Shown in pieces: positions 50,240 to 60,023 of a stretch of DNA of 64,000 nucleotides. Below the pieces are notes generated by a model. The model searched no databases. It saw nothing but the letters and a program-made list of their open reading frames with translations, and was not told where the DNA came from. The stretch is taken from the NCBI GenBank assembly GCA_000002435.2, contig CM018792.1; one strand, written 5' to 3'. The DNA comes from Giardia intestinalis (lineage: Eukaryota). Positions within the stretch are counted from its first letter, which is position 1. Every line of letters begins with the position of its first letter. A program made the position numbers and the translations under genes.

Positions 50240-52474
50240 CTATTCAGCTATCGCGTTTAGAGCTGCAAGATGTCCGCTCCTATCGACTGCATCCAGGGCT
50301 GTCTCTATCTTTCGAGCTCTCCCCATTGAGGAGTCCATCTTCTTAGTAATAAATCTGAGTCGCTCTGCCATGGAAGATGGAGAGACAGCAGAGGTGTGAT
50401 TAGGGGCAGAGGGGGTGGACGCAGAGCGAAAGGCCGACCGCTTTCGTAGTCTTTCATTTTCGTCGCGTAACAATAAGAGCTCAAGCTCGAGGTTGGAGTG
50501 GACCGTCCTGTCCACCAAGGATGTTGATGGAGTCATTGAATATAGCATGGGCTGCGGTGGAGCCTGAACAACACGCCTAGTTGGCGATAGCGAGCGAAGA
50601 GTGTGTTGAACGGCAAGCTCTATCTCCTTGTAAGAGGCTGGATTTGTTTTGGGAGAAGATGACACGCTTCTCTTGGCCTTTCCTGTCCTTGCTACTCTCC
50701 TTGTCTGTGTCGACATCTCCACGCCAACAAAATTAGGGGCTTCTTTCTTAGTTGCCACTGTAGCAGAAATATCGGAAGTAGTAAGGTCTTTTTCTGGCAT
50801 AGAGTGCCCATCATGGGCGTTGCCTAAGTCAATTGTCCTGGGTACCGAATGTTTATGATGCTTAGATGCTAAAATAAGTTGTTGTTGCGCGAGCTCGGTT
50901 ATGTTTGCTTCTAGGTTGGCCAGAGTATCGTGTATGCTTTTGCGATCTGCCATGAGGTCGTCTAAGCTATCGCTGAAATTCCGACAAATACTCATTTGCG
51001 TCTCGTTGTTCTTCTTAATCTCGCTCAGAGACTTTTTAAGCTCATCGACTTGTTCTTTCAGAGATGCCGTCTCTGTGGCTGCGGCCACTTCTGTCATTCG
51101 CAGCTTGGCAACGGTGCCGACAAGTCCCTTAACCAATAGGTCAAGACTCACGTGGTCATCATCTATGGGTATCCCAAGGTATTCATATGCCTCTCGTACT
51201 TCATCTGTCAAAGGTACAGCATCGCGGGGTGCGTCGTGCTTCTCTTTATTATTTCCAAACCCAGTGGATTGTCTGAGAATGAGGCCATCTAATGAGCCAC
51301 GGTCTTCATGGCCATTCCGGTCTGAGTTCCGACTGATTTCAGACAAATTCATTGAAAAGCTATCAACGTGAACTGCATCTTCCCTTGCACGCACTGGCTT
51401 GAAGCTCTCAGTTTTGGTCAAACACGCCGAAGTAGAAAGCAGCTTGCCCAGTGGGCCGCATTCAATGATACTACCATCAAAAGCCACTAAGTTCCCACTA
51501 TGATAGATGCACTCCTTTCGGAATACATCAGGAAGATCGGTAAATAGCGAGATTGTCTTAGATTGCTGCTTAGAAACAGGAACTGGAGATGAGCCAACGC
51601 TGAATACGATGGCACAAAGAGAGCTCCCCACTCTGCTAGAGGACATTGACAACGTGAAGCTTGCTATGCTATTGCCCTCTCCACGATCACTCACGTTGCT
51701 GGAGGCCATTGACTTTGAGCCACAGATGGCAACAATGTGAAAGTTTGCTCTAAAAACATAAAGGAGCCTAGTGGCATAATCAAAAGAGTGATCGGCGAGG
51801 CTTGTGCAAACGTAATTTTCGAGATCGACTTGTAAAAGGTTACAAGCTATCTGGTCATAGTGTACAATGGCGTACATACCTTTGTCCAGAGAAATCAGGT
51901 GCACGCTAGTTACACGCCCGTGGAAGATCTCTGTTAGTGCCGCGCCTGGAGCTGTTCTAAAAGACAAAAATCGACCCCCCTTCTTTCCGTCTATGATGTA
52001 TCCACGCATGTCAGGAGTGAAGCCCATAATGCAGTAGGATCCGTCAGTGTAGGCAATCGAGTTAATACGACTGCTCATGGCCTCCATGTTAATGAATGAG
52101 ATCTTCTTTGAAAGACTCAAGTCGTTGTACATGTGGTAGACCTTCTGCTCCGGTCTACTCAGAATGAAGAGAGAGGTGTCACCCCTTGCAAGGCACAGAT
52201 CTTGAAGAGCTTGTGCGCGTAGCACAGAAGGGAGATGAATTGCCCTCCACCGCCCCCTAGAGTCGTCCCTCCAAGACAGAACGAGCTCACCTGACTGTTC
52301 AGAAAAGCGGTAAAGTTTGAGGCCAAAGCTAAACATGGCTCCACGCCTTCCACCGATCTTTTTAAAACAGATGTTCGGCGGATTTGCCGGGTTTGGGGAG
52401 GAGCCTGCCACTTCTGGCGTCACTGTCGCAACTGGTGACGCGCAGGCCCAAAAACAGTATCCACCAACTTCCAT
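50240..52474 (-). CDS. hypothetical protein with C-terminal coiled coil (744 aa from ATG 52474; alternative ATG 52336)
   Basis: ORF track start 52501 is TTG. In-frame ATGs at 52472-52474 (MEVGG...) and 52334-52336 (MFSFGLKLYRF...). Heptad-repeat C-terminal third (LKEQVDELKKSLSEIKK...). Confidence 0.5.
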   Translation of the reverse strand: MEVGGYCFWACASPVATVTPEVAGSSPNPANPPNICFKKIGGRRGAMFSFGLKLYRFSEQSGELVLSWRDDSRGRWRAIHLPSVLRAQALQDLCLARGDTSLFILSRPEQKVYHMYNDLSLSKKISFINMEAMSSRINSIAYTDGSYCIMGFTPDMRGYIIDGKKGGRFLSFRTAPGAALTEIFHGRVTSVHLISLDKGMYAIVHYDQIACNLLQVDLENYVCTSLADHSFDYATRLLYVFRANFHIVAICGSKSMASSNVSDRGEGNSIASFTLSMSSSRVGSSLCAIVFSVGSSPVPVSKQQSKTISLFTDLPDVFRKECIYHSGNLVAFDGSIIECGPLGKLLSTSACLTKTESFKPVRAREDAVHVDSFSMNLSEISRNSDRNGHEDRGSLDGLILRQSTGFGNNKEKHDAPRDAVPLTDEVREAYEYLGIPIDDDHVSLDLLVKGLVGTVAKLRMTEVAAATETASLKEQVDELKKSLSEIKKNNETQMSICRNFSDSLDDLMADRKSIHDTLANLEANITELAQQQLILASKHHKHSVPRTIDLGNAHDGHSMPEKDLTTSDISATVATKKEAPNFVGVEMSTQTRRVARTGKAKRSVSSSPKTNPASYKEIELAVQHTLRSLSPTRRVVQAPPQPMLYSMTPSTSLVDRTVHSNLELELLLLRDENERLRKRSAFRSASTPSAPNHTSAVSPSSMAERLRFITKKMDSSMGRARKIETALDAVDRSGHLAALNAIAE

Positions 52475-54581
52475 TGCCAGCTCAGTGAACGCGATTGACA
52501 ATCAATCATTTGCAAGGTTTGGTTCTCATACATCCTCATTCTCCGCAACAAAAGCCCACCCAACTGCCATGTCTGCATTAGATGATGATTTTAGTGATTC
52601 TGCACCTGCGCAGAGGCGGAGAAACGAATCATCGGCTGGATCACCTTTCTACAACGCTTCAGCTAGCAAAGGGGCTAGCAGAAGCGAAGGGAGTGAGCCA
52701 CCAAGAAAGCACGGTTTCAGCATTCAACATGATGAGGACAGCTCTCGCCTCAGCCTGTTCAGTAGGCTGAAATCGAGTACGTCCTCAGGAGGCAGGCAGT
52801 CTTCCAAGGTTATGAGTTCTCTTCCGCTTGGCCGCAGAAAGTTGCGAGAGAGTCGGATGCACATATCCTGGCCGTCTGGGCCCATAGAAGTTGCAAAACT
52901 CGATGACTTTCAAAAGGATTTCTACTGCGCAACTGATCAGGCATCCGCCAAAGCCACAAAGGAGATTCACGAATATCTCCAGAGCCATAGCATGGTCTTC
53001 CATGGGGACTATGAGCCTGTCATCTTCTTCGACTTCTCAGGGCTCGATCCACATTTTTCAAATGCCATGTATGATCTTCAATTCACAAAGAAAGCGGGAG
53101 ATTGCTGCCTATCGACTATACTAAAAAACCACTACAAGTTTTCTAAACCAACATGCGTTCAAGCCGCGTCCTGGCCTATACTCATACAAGGGCGTGACTG
53201 CATAGGCATCGCAGAAACAGGCTCGGGAAAGACGCATGCATTCTCCATTCCTGCATTGCTGCATGCTGCGGCCCAACCACCAACTTCAGAGGCTGTTCCT
53301 TCGCCCATTGTGGTTGTATTTGCCCCAGCACGCGAGCTTGCATCGCAAATATATATGGAGATTGAAAACCTCCTAGATCACTTTAACTCCATGCTCTACA
53401 GATGCTACGGGGATGAAATTGCATATGACGGAACAAAGAAAACCCCCCTGAGGCCACTCTATGCTGCCGTAAGCTATGGCGGCAAAGACTGGAGAGATCA
53501 CTACAAAAAGATGATGGTCGAACCCCTTGATATACTTGTCACGACGCCAGGAATATTTGGCTACTTTTACGGCCGCAATCTCATCAATCTGTCGCGTGTT
53601 ACCTACGCTGTTCTAGACGAATGTGACGCCATACTATCCTCCGGGTTTAAGGCCGAGCTTGACATTCTTCTTACGAATTCTGCGTCCAACAGACAAACAT
53701 TACTATGGAGCGCTACGTGGCCAAGTGAGGTGAGTGAAGTGGCACAGTCTTATTTAAACGAAAACACTGTCTTCTTAGGCATTGGAAACTACAGAGCAAG
53801 TGTCAACAAGCATGTAATCCAGCATATTGTCGTTGCTAAAAGCATTAAGCAGAAAAATATATACTTGATTGATCTACTGAAGTGCATTATGGATGGAACA
53901 TTCGATGATTCAATGGAGAAGCTCCAAGGCAATGGCGTGTTCACGTCAATTGCGACGTCTATCCAAGATGAGTATCGTGCTTGGTGCTCATCACTAAAAC
54001 AGCAGTCAAAAGATCAGTCACCGGAGACAAGCGAAGCATCTGCTTCCGTCAGGATTATCGTCTTCGTCAACAAAAAGATCTCGGCCGATGAGATACACGA
54101 CGAATTGTCAAAGCTTTACGGCGGAAAGTCTTGCATTATTCATGGAGACATTCCGCAGATTGACAGGGAAACGGCCCTAGAGAAATTCAAGAACGACGAG
54201 GGAAGTATCCTTGTTGCGACAGATGCAGTCGCCAGGGGTGTTCACATTGAAGGCGTAACGCATGTGATCAATTACGACATACCCAAGGAGCATGTCTCCT
54301 ACGTGCATCGCTGTGGGCGGACAGGTCGTGCCGGAAAGTTCGGCCATGCTATATCCATATTCCTTCCGTGTACCGACAGGCAAATGGTAGACGCACTGGC
54401 GGGATACTTCAAAGAAAACAACGAATCGGCGACTCTGCCACCTGAATTCCTGGACCATGACGCTGATAGCAACGATGCAAATAGGATTTCACGCCGTGGC
54501 CCTCGAACGACAAAAAGAGATTTTAAGGATCAATCTGGACAACCCTTTGCGAATGACGATGATGATCCATTTGATGGTTAG
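52335..54581 (+). CDS. DEAD/DExD-box ATP-dependent RNA helicase
   Basis: ORF track start 52317 is TTG. First ATG 52335 (MAPRLPP...), next 52371. Q-motif region (F..TCVQAASWP), motif I AETGSGKT, Ia PARELA, II VLDECDAI (DECD variant), III SAT (WSATWP), V/VI ...ATDAVARGVHIEGV... HRCGRTGRAG. Low-complexity N-terminal ~250 aa and acidic C-terminal tail. Confidence 0.85.
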   Translation: MAPRLPPIFLKQMFGGFAGFGEEPATSGVTVATGDAQAQKQYPPTSIASSVNAIDNQSFARFGSHTSSFSATKAHPTAMSALDDDFSDSAPAQRRRNESSAGSPFYNASASKGASRSEGSEPPRKHGFSIQHDEDSSRLSLFSRLKSSTSSGGRQSSKVMSSLPLGRRKLRESRMHISWPSGPIEVAKLDDFQKDFYCATDQASAKATKEIHEYLQSHSMVFHGDYEPVIFFDFSGLDPHFSNAMYDLQFTKKAGDCCLSTILKNHYKFSKPTCVQAASWPILIQGRDCIGIAETGSGKTHAFSIPALLHAAAQPPTSEAVPSPIVVVFAPARELASQIYMEIENLLDHFNSMLYRCYGDEIAYDGTKKTPLRPLYAAVSYGGKDWRDHYKKMMVEPLDILVTTPGIFGYFYGRNLINLSRVTYAVLDECDAILSSGFKAELDILLTNSASNRQTLLWSATWPSEVSEVAQSYLNENTVFLGIGNYRASVNKHVIQHIVVAKSIKQKNIYLIDLLKCIMDGTFDDSMEKLQGNGVFTSIATSIQDEYRAWCSSLKQQSKDQSPETSEASASVRIIVFVNKKISADEIHDELSKLYGGKSCIIHGDIPQIDRETALEKFKNDEGSILVATDAVARGVHIEGVTHVINYDIPKEHVSYVHRCGRTGRAGKFGHAISIFLPCTDRQMVDALAGYFKENNESATLPPEFLDHDADSNDANRISRRGPRTTKRDFKDQSGQPFANDDDDPFDG

Positions 54582-54638
54582 ATTCTCTAAATGTCTACAG
54601 ACTACAGTTGACACTCTCTAGTTTTCTTTAGGCATAAA

Positions 54639-55361
54639 ATGGAAAGGGTAATTAGCGCAATAGTGGGGTCCACAAAGATAGCACTTGTTCATATGGAAGA
54701 ATGTATATCAACCCAGATTGTTGCCAAGGAGTATACGTATTCTCCAAACGACCATATCGTCATCTTTCACACATGGAACCAAACGGCTGGATATGGGCGT
54801 ACAGGGCCCTGGCAGTCAGCTGCTGGAAACCTTGCGGCGACGTGGTCCTTCCCCGTCCATGTGTTCTCCCCGTCCTCTATGTACTTGCGCACATCGCTTG
54901 CTCTTCTCAGGCTTTTTGAGTACTACGGAATCGCCTCCACCATTAAGTGGCCAAATGATATCATAGTAGACGGCGAAAAGTGTGCCGGCTTTCTTTGTGA
55001 GCAGCTATGCCCTGACCGCGTTCTTATCGGCGTTGGAATTAACGTAGCAGTGGCTCCTCCGGGGACTTCTAAGGCTCCTGCTTTTGCAAAGCACCTAGAT
55101 CCGTCCACCCAAACGATAGACCTCGTAGGATACCTCACCAATGAGCTTCTAGCTGCAGCAGACATCCCAGACAGCATGGCATTGGAGTTATATAGCCAGG
55201 CATGCACAACAATAGGCAGGCAGTATCAGCATGCTCAGTATGGCCCCCTGACTGTCACTGGGGTGACCGAGAGCTGCTGTCTGGTTGCCAAGATTGCAAG
55301 CGGGAAATACGTAGTCCTAACGGATGTGAGGTCCTTGCAGGATCTTTCGCCAGTCTGTTAG
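54639..55361 (+). CDS. biotin--protein ligase (BirA / holocarboxylase-synthetase catalytic domain; BPL_LplA_LipB fold)
   Basis: 240 aa. Biotin-binding loop QTAGYGRTGPWQS (cf. GRGRxGRxW), KWPNDIIVDGEKCAGFL (cf. BirA KWPNDLY...KLAGIL), VLIGVGINV (GIGxN). Confidence 0.65.
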   Translation: MERVISAIVGSTKIALVHMEECISTQIVAKEYTYSPNDHIVIFHTWNQTAGYGRTGPWQSAAGNLAATWSFPVHVFSPSSMYLRTSLALLRLFEYYGIASTIKWPNDIIVDGEKCAGFLCEQLCPDRVLIGVGINVAVAPPGTSKAPAFAKHLDPSTQTIDLVGYLTNELLAAADIPDSMALELYSQACTTIGRQYQHAQYGPLTVTGVTESCCLVAKIASGKYVVLTDVRSLQDLSPVC

Positions 55362-55539
55362 CCTTTTCTTCGCAGACACGACGTCAAGTAGGTTAGGCAG
55401 TTGTAGTGTAAATAATTATGAACAAGGTTGGTACGAAGACGCAAAGGATAATACGGTAGCCCGTGGCTGAGGAGCGGCTGAGATGAAAATGCAACTGTTG
55501 GAATTATACAGCCAAATACGCCTTTAACAGATTTACACT

Positions 55540-55566
55540 CCACCATTTATCACAGTTAAATGGTGG
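55540..55566 (+). repeat. perfect 9-bp inverted repeat (CCACCATTT ... AAATGGTGG, 9-nt loop) whose 3' arm contains the OGT ATG
   Basis: Read directly: arms 55540-55548 and 55558-55566, loop ATCACAGTT. ATG at 55560-55562. Confidence 0.5.
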
Positions 55567-58500
55567 CACTTATGGATAAAATCGCACAGCTTTTCCGCAA
55601 CAAACAATATAGCGATCTTATTCAACTCATAGACAAGCAGCTACACGCGAAGAATGAGCCAGAAGCACTAATCTTTCTTTACGCTATACAAGGCGAGATA
55701 TCCTTTAAACAGAAGGATTGGATTCAAGCATTTGCAGCTTATGAGAAGGCTGTCGCCGAATCTAAACAGAAGGGGCTCCCGACACAAGTCTACGCCCAAA
55801 TAGTTCAGAGGCAGATGATTATCCTTTTAAGATTGCAGATGTTAGACACAGCGTTCGGATTGTTTAGTGAAAATCAGAGTGTATCTGTTGATAACGTACA
55901 AGTATTAGCACAGTTAGCCTTGTTGTATCTGATGTGTGAGCGATATTCAGAAGCAGAGAAATTACTTTCTTCTATAGTCGAGAGTTCTACCTCAAATACC
56001 ATCACCCTTTCAAAGCAATTCAAGGAGGACATAGGCCCGTTCAAAGAGCTATTTGGCGTTTTGGACACATATGACACATTTCTTGCGACCATTTTGAACA
56101 ACCTAGCCATCTGTAATAGCAAGCTTGGGAATCACACGCTAGCGTTTGATCAGTTTCAGCAGGCACTAGACATAATAAAAGACCCAGAGAAAATAACCAG
56201 GCCACCATTGTCACCGATCACCGTGCTGTTCGACAACTGTGTCTCCACGGTAGATGAAGATAAAGAGAAAGCTCTAAAAGTAGAGCACCACATGCTGACG
56301 ATTAACGAGTCTAAAGAGAACCAAGAAGATGACACAGTCCTGAGCTTGCTTAGGGATGGGTGCACGCTGATTCCTTCAAGTACACTGGGCACCCACCTGC
56401 CACTCATAATCGAATTACACTCTACCATATGCTATAACATTGGAAAATTAGAATTGACTCTAGGGAACCTTGACCGGTCAGTCAATCACTTTAAGAAGTC
56501 CATTGAATATCAGCCCAGCTTTGCTCGATATGTGGCACTTGGTCTTGTATATCGCGACATGAGGAACTTCTATGATGCTGCAGAGATGCTGACTAAAGCA
56601 GTAGACTCGTGCGTGGGAATCAGCAACCTTTGTTTGGGAGAAGTGGTATATAATTTAGGTATATTAGTTTCTGAAGAGCTAAAGATGCCGTACAAGTCTC
56701 TACAGTTTTTCGATGAAGCCACCGTTTTGTTTATTAGGGGCGAGTTTAGTGCTGGCGCTATTTTGTCAAGAATAATGAAGGCTAATTCTTTGACAACTAT
56801 CACCACAGCTACCGCTGTAAGTAGTGACTGGGAGTTCATAATGGCATTTCTAAATACGTTATATTTAGACCTCTGTGCATTTAGCAAAGATCAGGGGTTT
56901 AATGTAGAAGCCGCCTTCACTGGCACCAACGCTATATCCTTCAATCTGCCAATCACGGAGCCACAGGAAAAAGAGTCCCCTAAGAGTGACAAGATAGCTA
57001 GCGAAAAGCCTCTAGTTGAAAGTAACCCTGGCAGATCAAGAACACCCTCATCAATGAATGACGTATATATGCTGAGCGCTGAAAACTTGAGCTTCAGCCT
57101 GCTAGAGTCCTCATTTGCTCAAAAAGAGACTATCACATCACGGCTATTTCCAACCTTCCAAGCTGAAACAAAGAGATACTTGGCAATCTTGTATACCAAT
57201 CTTGGGCTGATCTACTACCGCATTGGCATTCCTACGTATTACAAGCAAGCAAGGAGGTGTTTTGAGGTTGCCATCTGGTTCGATAACGACTGTGTTTTTG
57301 CCATCAACTATCTTAGCGTCCTGTTGCTGAAGGAGAACTCTAAAACCTTGGCCATTGAAGGTCTGCTTAAATGCACAAGGTTGTTTCCAGAATATTACGA
57401 GCCATTTTATAACCTTGGCAACATACTGAAGGCAGACGAGGAGAACAAGAAGGCGCTTCAATATTACAGCAGGGCTATTGAGCTGAACCCCCGTTTTCTT
57501 GACGGATATCTTGCCAGAGGGGTGCTCTATGCTGAACTACACCGCTTTGAAACGGCCTATTTAGACTTCAGTAAGTGTATCGAGCTCGATCCTGACAACA
57601 GGCATGCATTTTGTAACTACATCCATATGAAGCAAATACTGGGCATTTTCCATAACGATACCTTAGATATGCGAAAGATCTCAAAAATCATAGACGATTA
57701 TATCCACGAATATCTGACTGTCCAGAATGCGATCAATAAAGGGGTGGTTCTTCCAAGCCACCCTCTCCCTCCAATAATGCCCTACCACTGTTATCTTTAC
57801 CGGCTGTCGTCGTCTCAACTGAGATTTATTTGTCAGCGATACTCTGAGCAGAATGTTAATTGGGTGAAGCAGAACATAGATATGATGTCTACCCCGCTCC
57901 TGGATCTTTCTATTCATCAACGCCCAATGCCGCCAAGTATAGGTCTTATCAACTCCGTATCTTCTAGCTCTCAACTCCAACTCTCCATGCTTCCGCTCAA
58001 CCAATCAGCCGCCGATTCTATGGTGCCTCTTGCTATGCTTACACCTGGGCCTACTCTCTGCACAGCCATAGGATTCCAAAGCATTAAATCCGTCATTAGA
58101 GATTCGCAGCACATAACACACGGACCAATTTTTTCATATGATAGGGCCCTGATTACCCTAGCACGATCCAAGCATTCTTCCAAGTGCCCTATTTCATACA
58201 TTGATATTGTCAATCTTAAGTCACCTCTGAGGCTCGGAGTGTTATGTGACGACATAAACTCCATCCCGATTGGCTGCATCCTTGAGTCGTGGCTACGCAA
58301 TATCGATCCCAAAGTAGCATCCCTATCCATTTATAGCACAGTTGCCTCCGACAAATCCGCCCTCCGCACTTCTCTTGAAGCTCACTGTAGCAATTTCATA
58401 GACTTTACTAACTATAAGTACCAGAACAACCCCTTTTTGTGTGCTCAGAGAATAAACGGAGATGGGATTTGTATCATGATATCTATGTGTCAGCATAATT

Positions 58501-60002
58501 GTGGTCTGGAAGGAAGGATCCTGGCAATGCGGCCGGCGCCGATCCAGATAAGCTATTGGACGCACGGCGGAACCACTAATAGCAACTATCTCGACTATAT
58601 TCTTGCGGATCAATACTGCATACCACCAGGCTATGCGCACTTGTATTCCGAGCATGTCATCACAATGCCGGGGTGCTTCATTTGCCCCAGCCATAGTATG
58701 CATTATAGCAATGCGATTCTCCTGGAGGAGCACGCGGACATCCTCAAGGTCACTGTGGAGGAGGTCAGAAGTCTCATTCAGGACAGCAAGCCCGATATAG
58801 ATGTGAACCATCACAGCGCTGCTGGAGAGAATATTCTGAGCCTGGACGGAAGCGATGCAACGTCGTCGTCTGTTGATAGTGGAATAGGGAGCCGCACACA
58901 TTCGGAAGCACCGATTGGAGGCGGCGACAAGGACGAGGGAGCCCACAGCTCAAAGATATTAGAGCTGGAGCTGGAGCTGGCAGAAATAGCGAAGATGAAG
59001 GGGGAGACTAAGAATGGGGTGTCGACAAACTCGGCTAGCGAGGGGAGGGACGAGCTTTTGATGAACGATAGAATCCTCATCACCGGTGACAATGTGTTTT
59101 TCCAGGTCCAGCCGATCCGAAACGGACGGTTGGTTGGCGGCAGAGATAGATCCATGATCAAGAAGATGGAGCCGCTGTTGAAGGCCATTTATCCGCTGCA
59201 AAGAATCGCTTCGGAAGCGGCAGTTCCAGCTAGCATGGAGAAGAGTGAAAATAATTCTGATCTCACCAGTCACCGCGTGTGTCTGGAGCTGCCTCTATAT
59301 CGCAAGAACATCCGCGCGCTCTACGGGATACCGGCTAACTGCTTTTTGTTCTGCACGTTCAATCAAGTGTACAAGTTCGACATGGGGACGCTGGGAATCA
59401 TCGCCGCTCTGCTGCGCAGTGTGCCCAATGCATACTATGCGCTCCTCAAGTTTCCCCCTGCGTCTCAGCTGCACATCGAGGCCTTCTTTAGGCACAAGGC
59501 GCCGGACATCTTGGATAGGGTCATCTTTCTAAGCATGCTTCCGATGAAGGTGGAGCACATACGGCGCTACCTGGCCGTTGATGTGTTCGTGGACACCTTG
59601 AAGTGCAACGGAAGCACCATCGTGCTCGACGCGCTGTGGTCAGGTGTTCCTGTCGTCGGATTTGTAGGGGAATACATTCTTAGCCGGAAGACCCTTTCGT
59701 TTCTGAGCGTCCTGGAATGCAAAGACCTGATTTGCGCGTCCCAAGGGGAGGCCGTACTATTGTGCACCCGCTTGGCGGTAGACAGCGGCTACTATTTTAG
59801 CGTACGGAAGCGGATCCTAAAGAATAGATCGAATCTCTTCAACATTTCGCGGTGGTGTGACAACTTCGTGTTGACCATGATGCTTGCCTACAAAAACTGG
59901 ATCTTCGGCGGCAAGCCGACCAGCTTTTCGACAGAGAGGGTCATTGCAAACGTGAAGAGCCAGGGCTTCTCGTGGCCCTTAAAGAGTACGGGGGCACAGT
60001 AG
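55560..60002 (+). CDS. OGT: UDP-GlcNAc:protein O-GlcNAc transferase (N-terminal TPR array + GT41 catalytic domain)
   Basis: 1480 aa. TPR repeats through the N-terminal ~800 aa (e.g. YYSRAIELNPRFLDGYLARGVLYAELHRFETAYLDFSKCIELDPDN). Catalytic core ISYWTHGGTTNSNYLDYILADQYCIPPGYAHLYSEHVITMPGCF aligns with metazoan OGT (SYWGYPGTSGA.FMDYIITD...YSEKLAYMPHTFF). An intervening low-complexity domain follows. C-Cat LFCTFNQVYKFD...LLRSVPNAYYALLKFP...VDTLKCNGSTIVLDALWSGVPVV matches VFCNFNQLYKID...ILKRVPNSVLWLLRFP...[23 protein letters not shown]. Confidence 0.85.
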   Translation: MVALMDKIAQLFRNKQYSDLIQLIDKQLHAKNEPEALIFLYAIQGEISFKQKDWIQAFAAYEKAVAESKQKGLPTQVYAQIVQRQMIILLRLQMLDTAFGLFSENQSVSVDNVQVLAQLALLYLMCERYSEAEKLLSSIVESSTSNTITLSKQFKEDIGPFKELFGVLDTYDTFLATILNNLAICNSKLGNHTLAFDQFQQALDIIKDPEKITRPPLSPITVLFDNCVSTVDEDKEKALKVEHHMLTINESKENQEDDTVLSLLRDGCTLIPSSTLGTHLPLIIELHSTICYNIGKLELTLGNLDRSVNHFKKSIEYQPSFARYVALGLVYRDMRNFYDAAEMLTKAVDSCVGISNLCLGEVVYNLGILVSEELKMPYKSLQFFDEATVLFIRGEFSAGAILSRIMKANSLTTITTATAVSSDWEFIMAFLNTLYLDLCAFSKDQGFNVEAAFTGTNAISFNLPITEPQEKESPKSDKIASEKPLVESNPGRSRTPSSMNDVYMLSAENLSFSLLESSFAQKETITSRLFPTFQAETKRYLAILYTNLGLIYYRIGIPTYYKQARRCFEVAIWFDNDCVFAINYLSVLLLKENSKTLAIEGLLKCTRLFPEYYEPFYNLGNILKADEENKKALQYYSRAIELNPRFLDGYLARGVLYAELHRFETAYLDFSKCIELDPDNRHAFCNYIHMKQILGIFHNDTLDMRKISKIIDDYIHEYLTVQNAINKGVVLPSHPLPPIMPYHCYLYRLSSSQLRFICQRYSEQNVNWVKQNIDMMSTPLLDLSIHQRPMPPSIGLINSVSSSSQLQLSMLPLNQSAADSMVPLAMLTPGPTLCTAIGFQSIKSVIRDSQHITHGPIFSYDRALITLARSKHSSKCPISYIDIVNLKSPLRLGVLCDDINSIPIGCILESWLRNIDPKVASLSIYSTVASDKSALRTSLEAHCSNFIDFTNYKYQNNPFLCAQRINGDGICIMISMCQHNCGLEGRILAMRPAPIQISYWTHGGTTNSNYLDYILADQYCIPPGYAHLYSEHVITMPGCFICPSHSMHYSNAILLEEHADILKVTVEEVRSLIQDSKPDIDVNHHSAAGENILSLDGSDATSSSVDSGIGSRTHSEAPIGGGDKDEGAHSSKILELELELAEIAKMKGETKNGVSTNSASEGRDELLMNDRILITGDNVFFQVQPIRNGRLVGGRDRSMIKKMEPLLKAIYPLQRIASEAAVPASMEKSENNSDLTSHRVCLELPLYRKNIRALYGIPANCFLFCTFNQVYKFDMGTLGIIAALLRSVPNAYYALLKFPPASQLHIEAFFRHKAPDILDRVIFLSMLPMKVEHIRRYLAVDVFVDTLKCNGSTIVLDALWSGVPVVGFVGEYILSRKTLSFLSVLECKDLICASQGEAVLLCTRLAVDSGYYFSVRKRILKNRSNLFNISRWCDNFVLTMMLAYKNWIFGGKPTSFSTERVIANVKSQGFSWPLKSTGAQ

Positions 60003-60023
60003 GTACAGCTCCACTGGGCAGCC

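Noticed and set aside
58961-58985. (GAGCTG)3-4 microsatellite
   Set aside because: Lies in the OGT intervening domain encoding LELELELA. Simple coding low-complexity, not a regulatory repeat.
55560-60002. Long insertion in OGT catalytic region considered as a possible novel domain or fusion
   Set aside because: Its position between N-Cat and C-Cat lobes corresponds to the known intervening domain of OGTs. Low-complexity content fits lineage-specific expansion.
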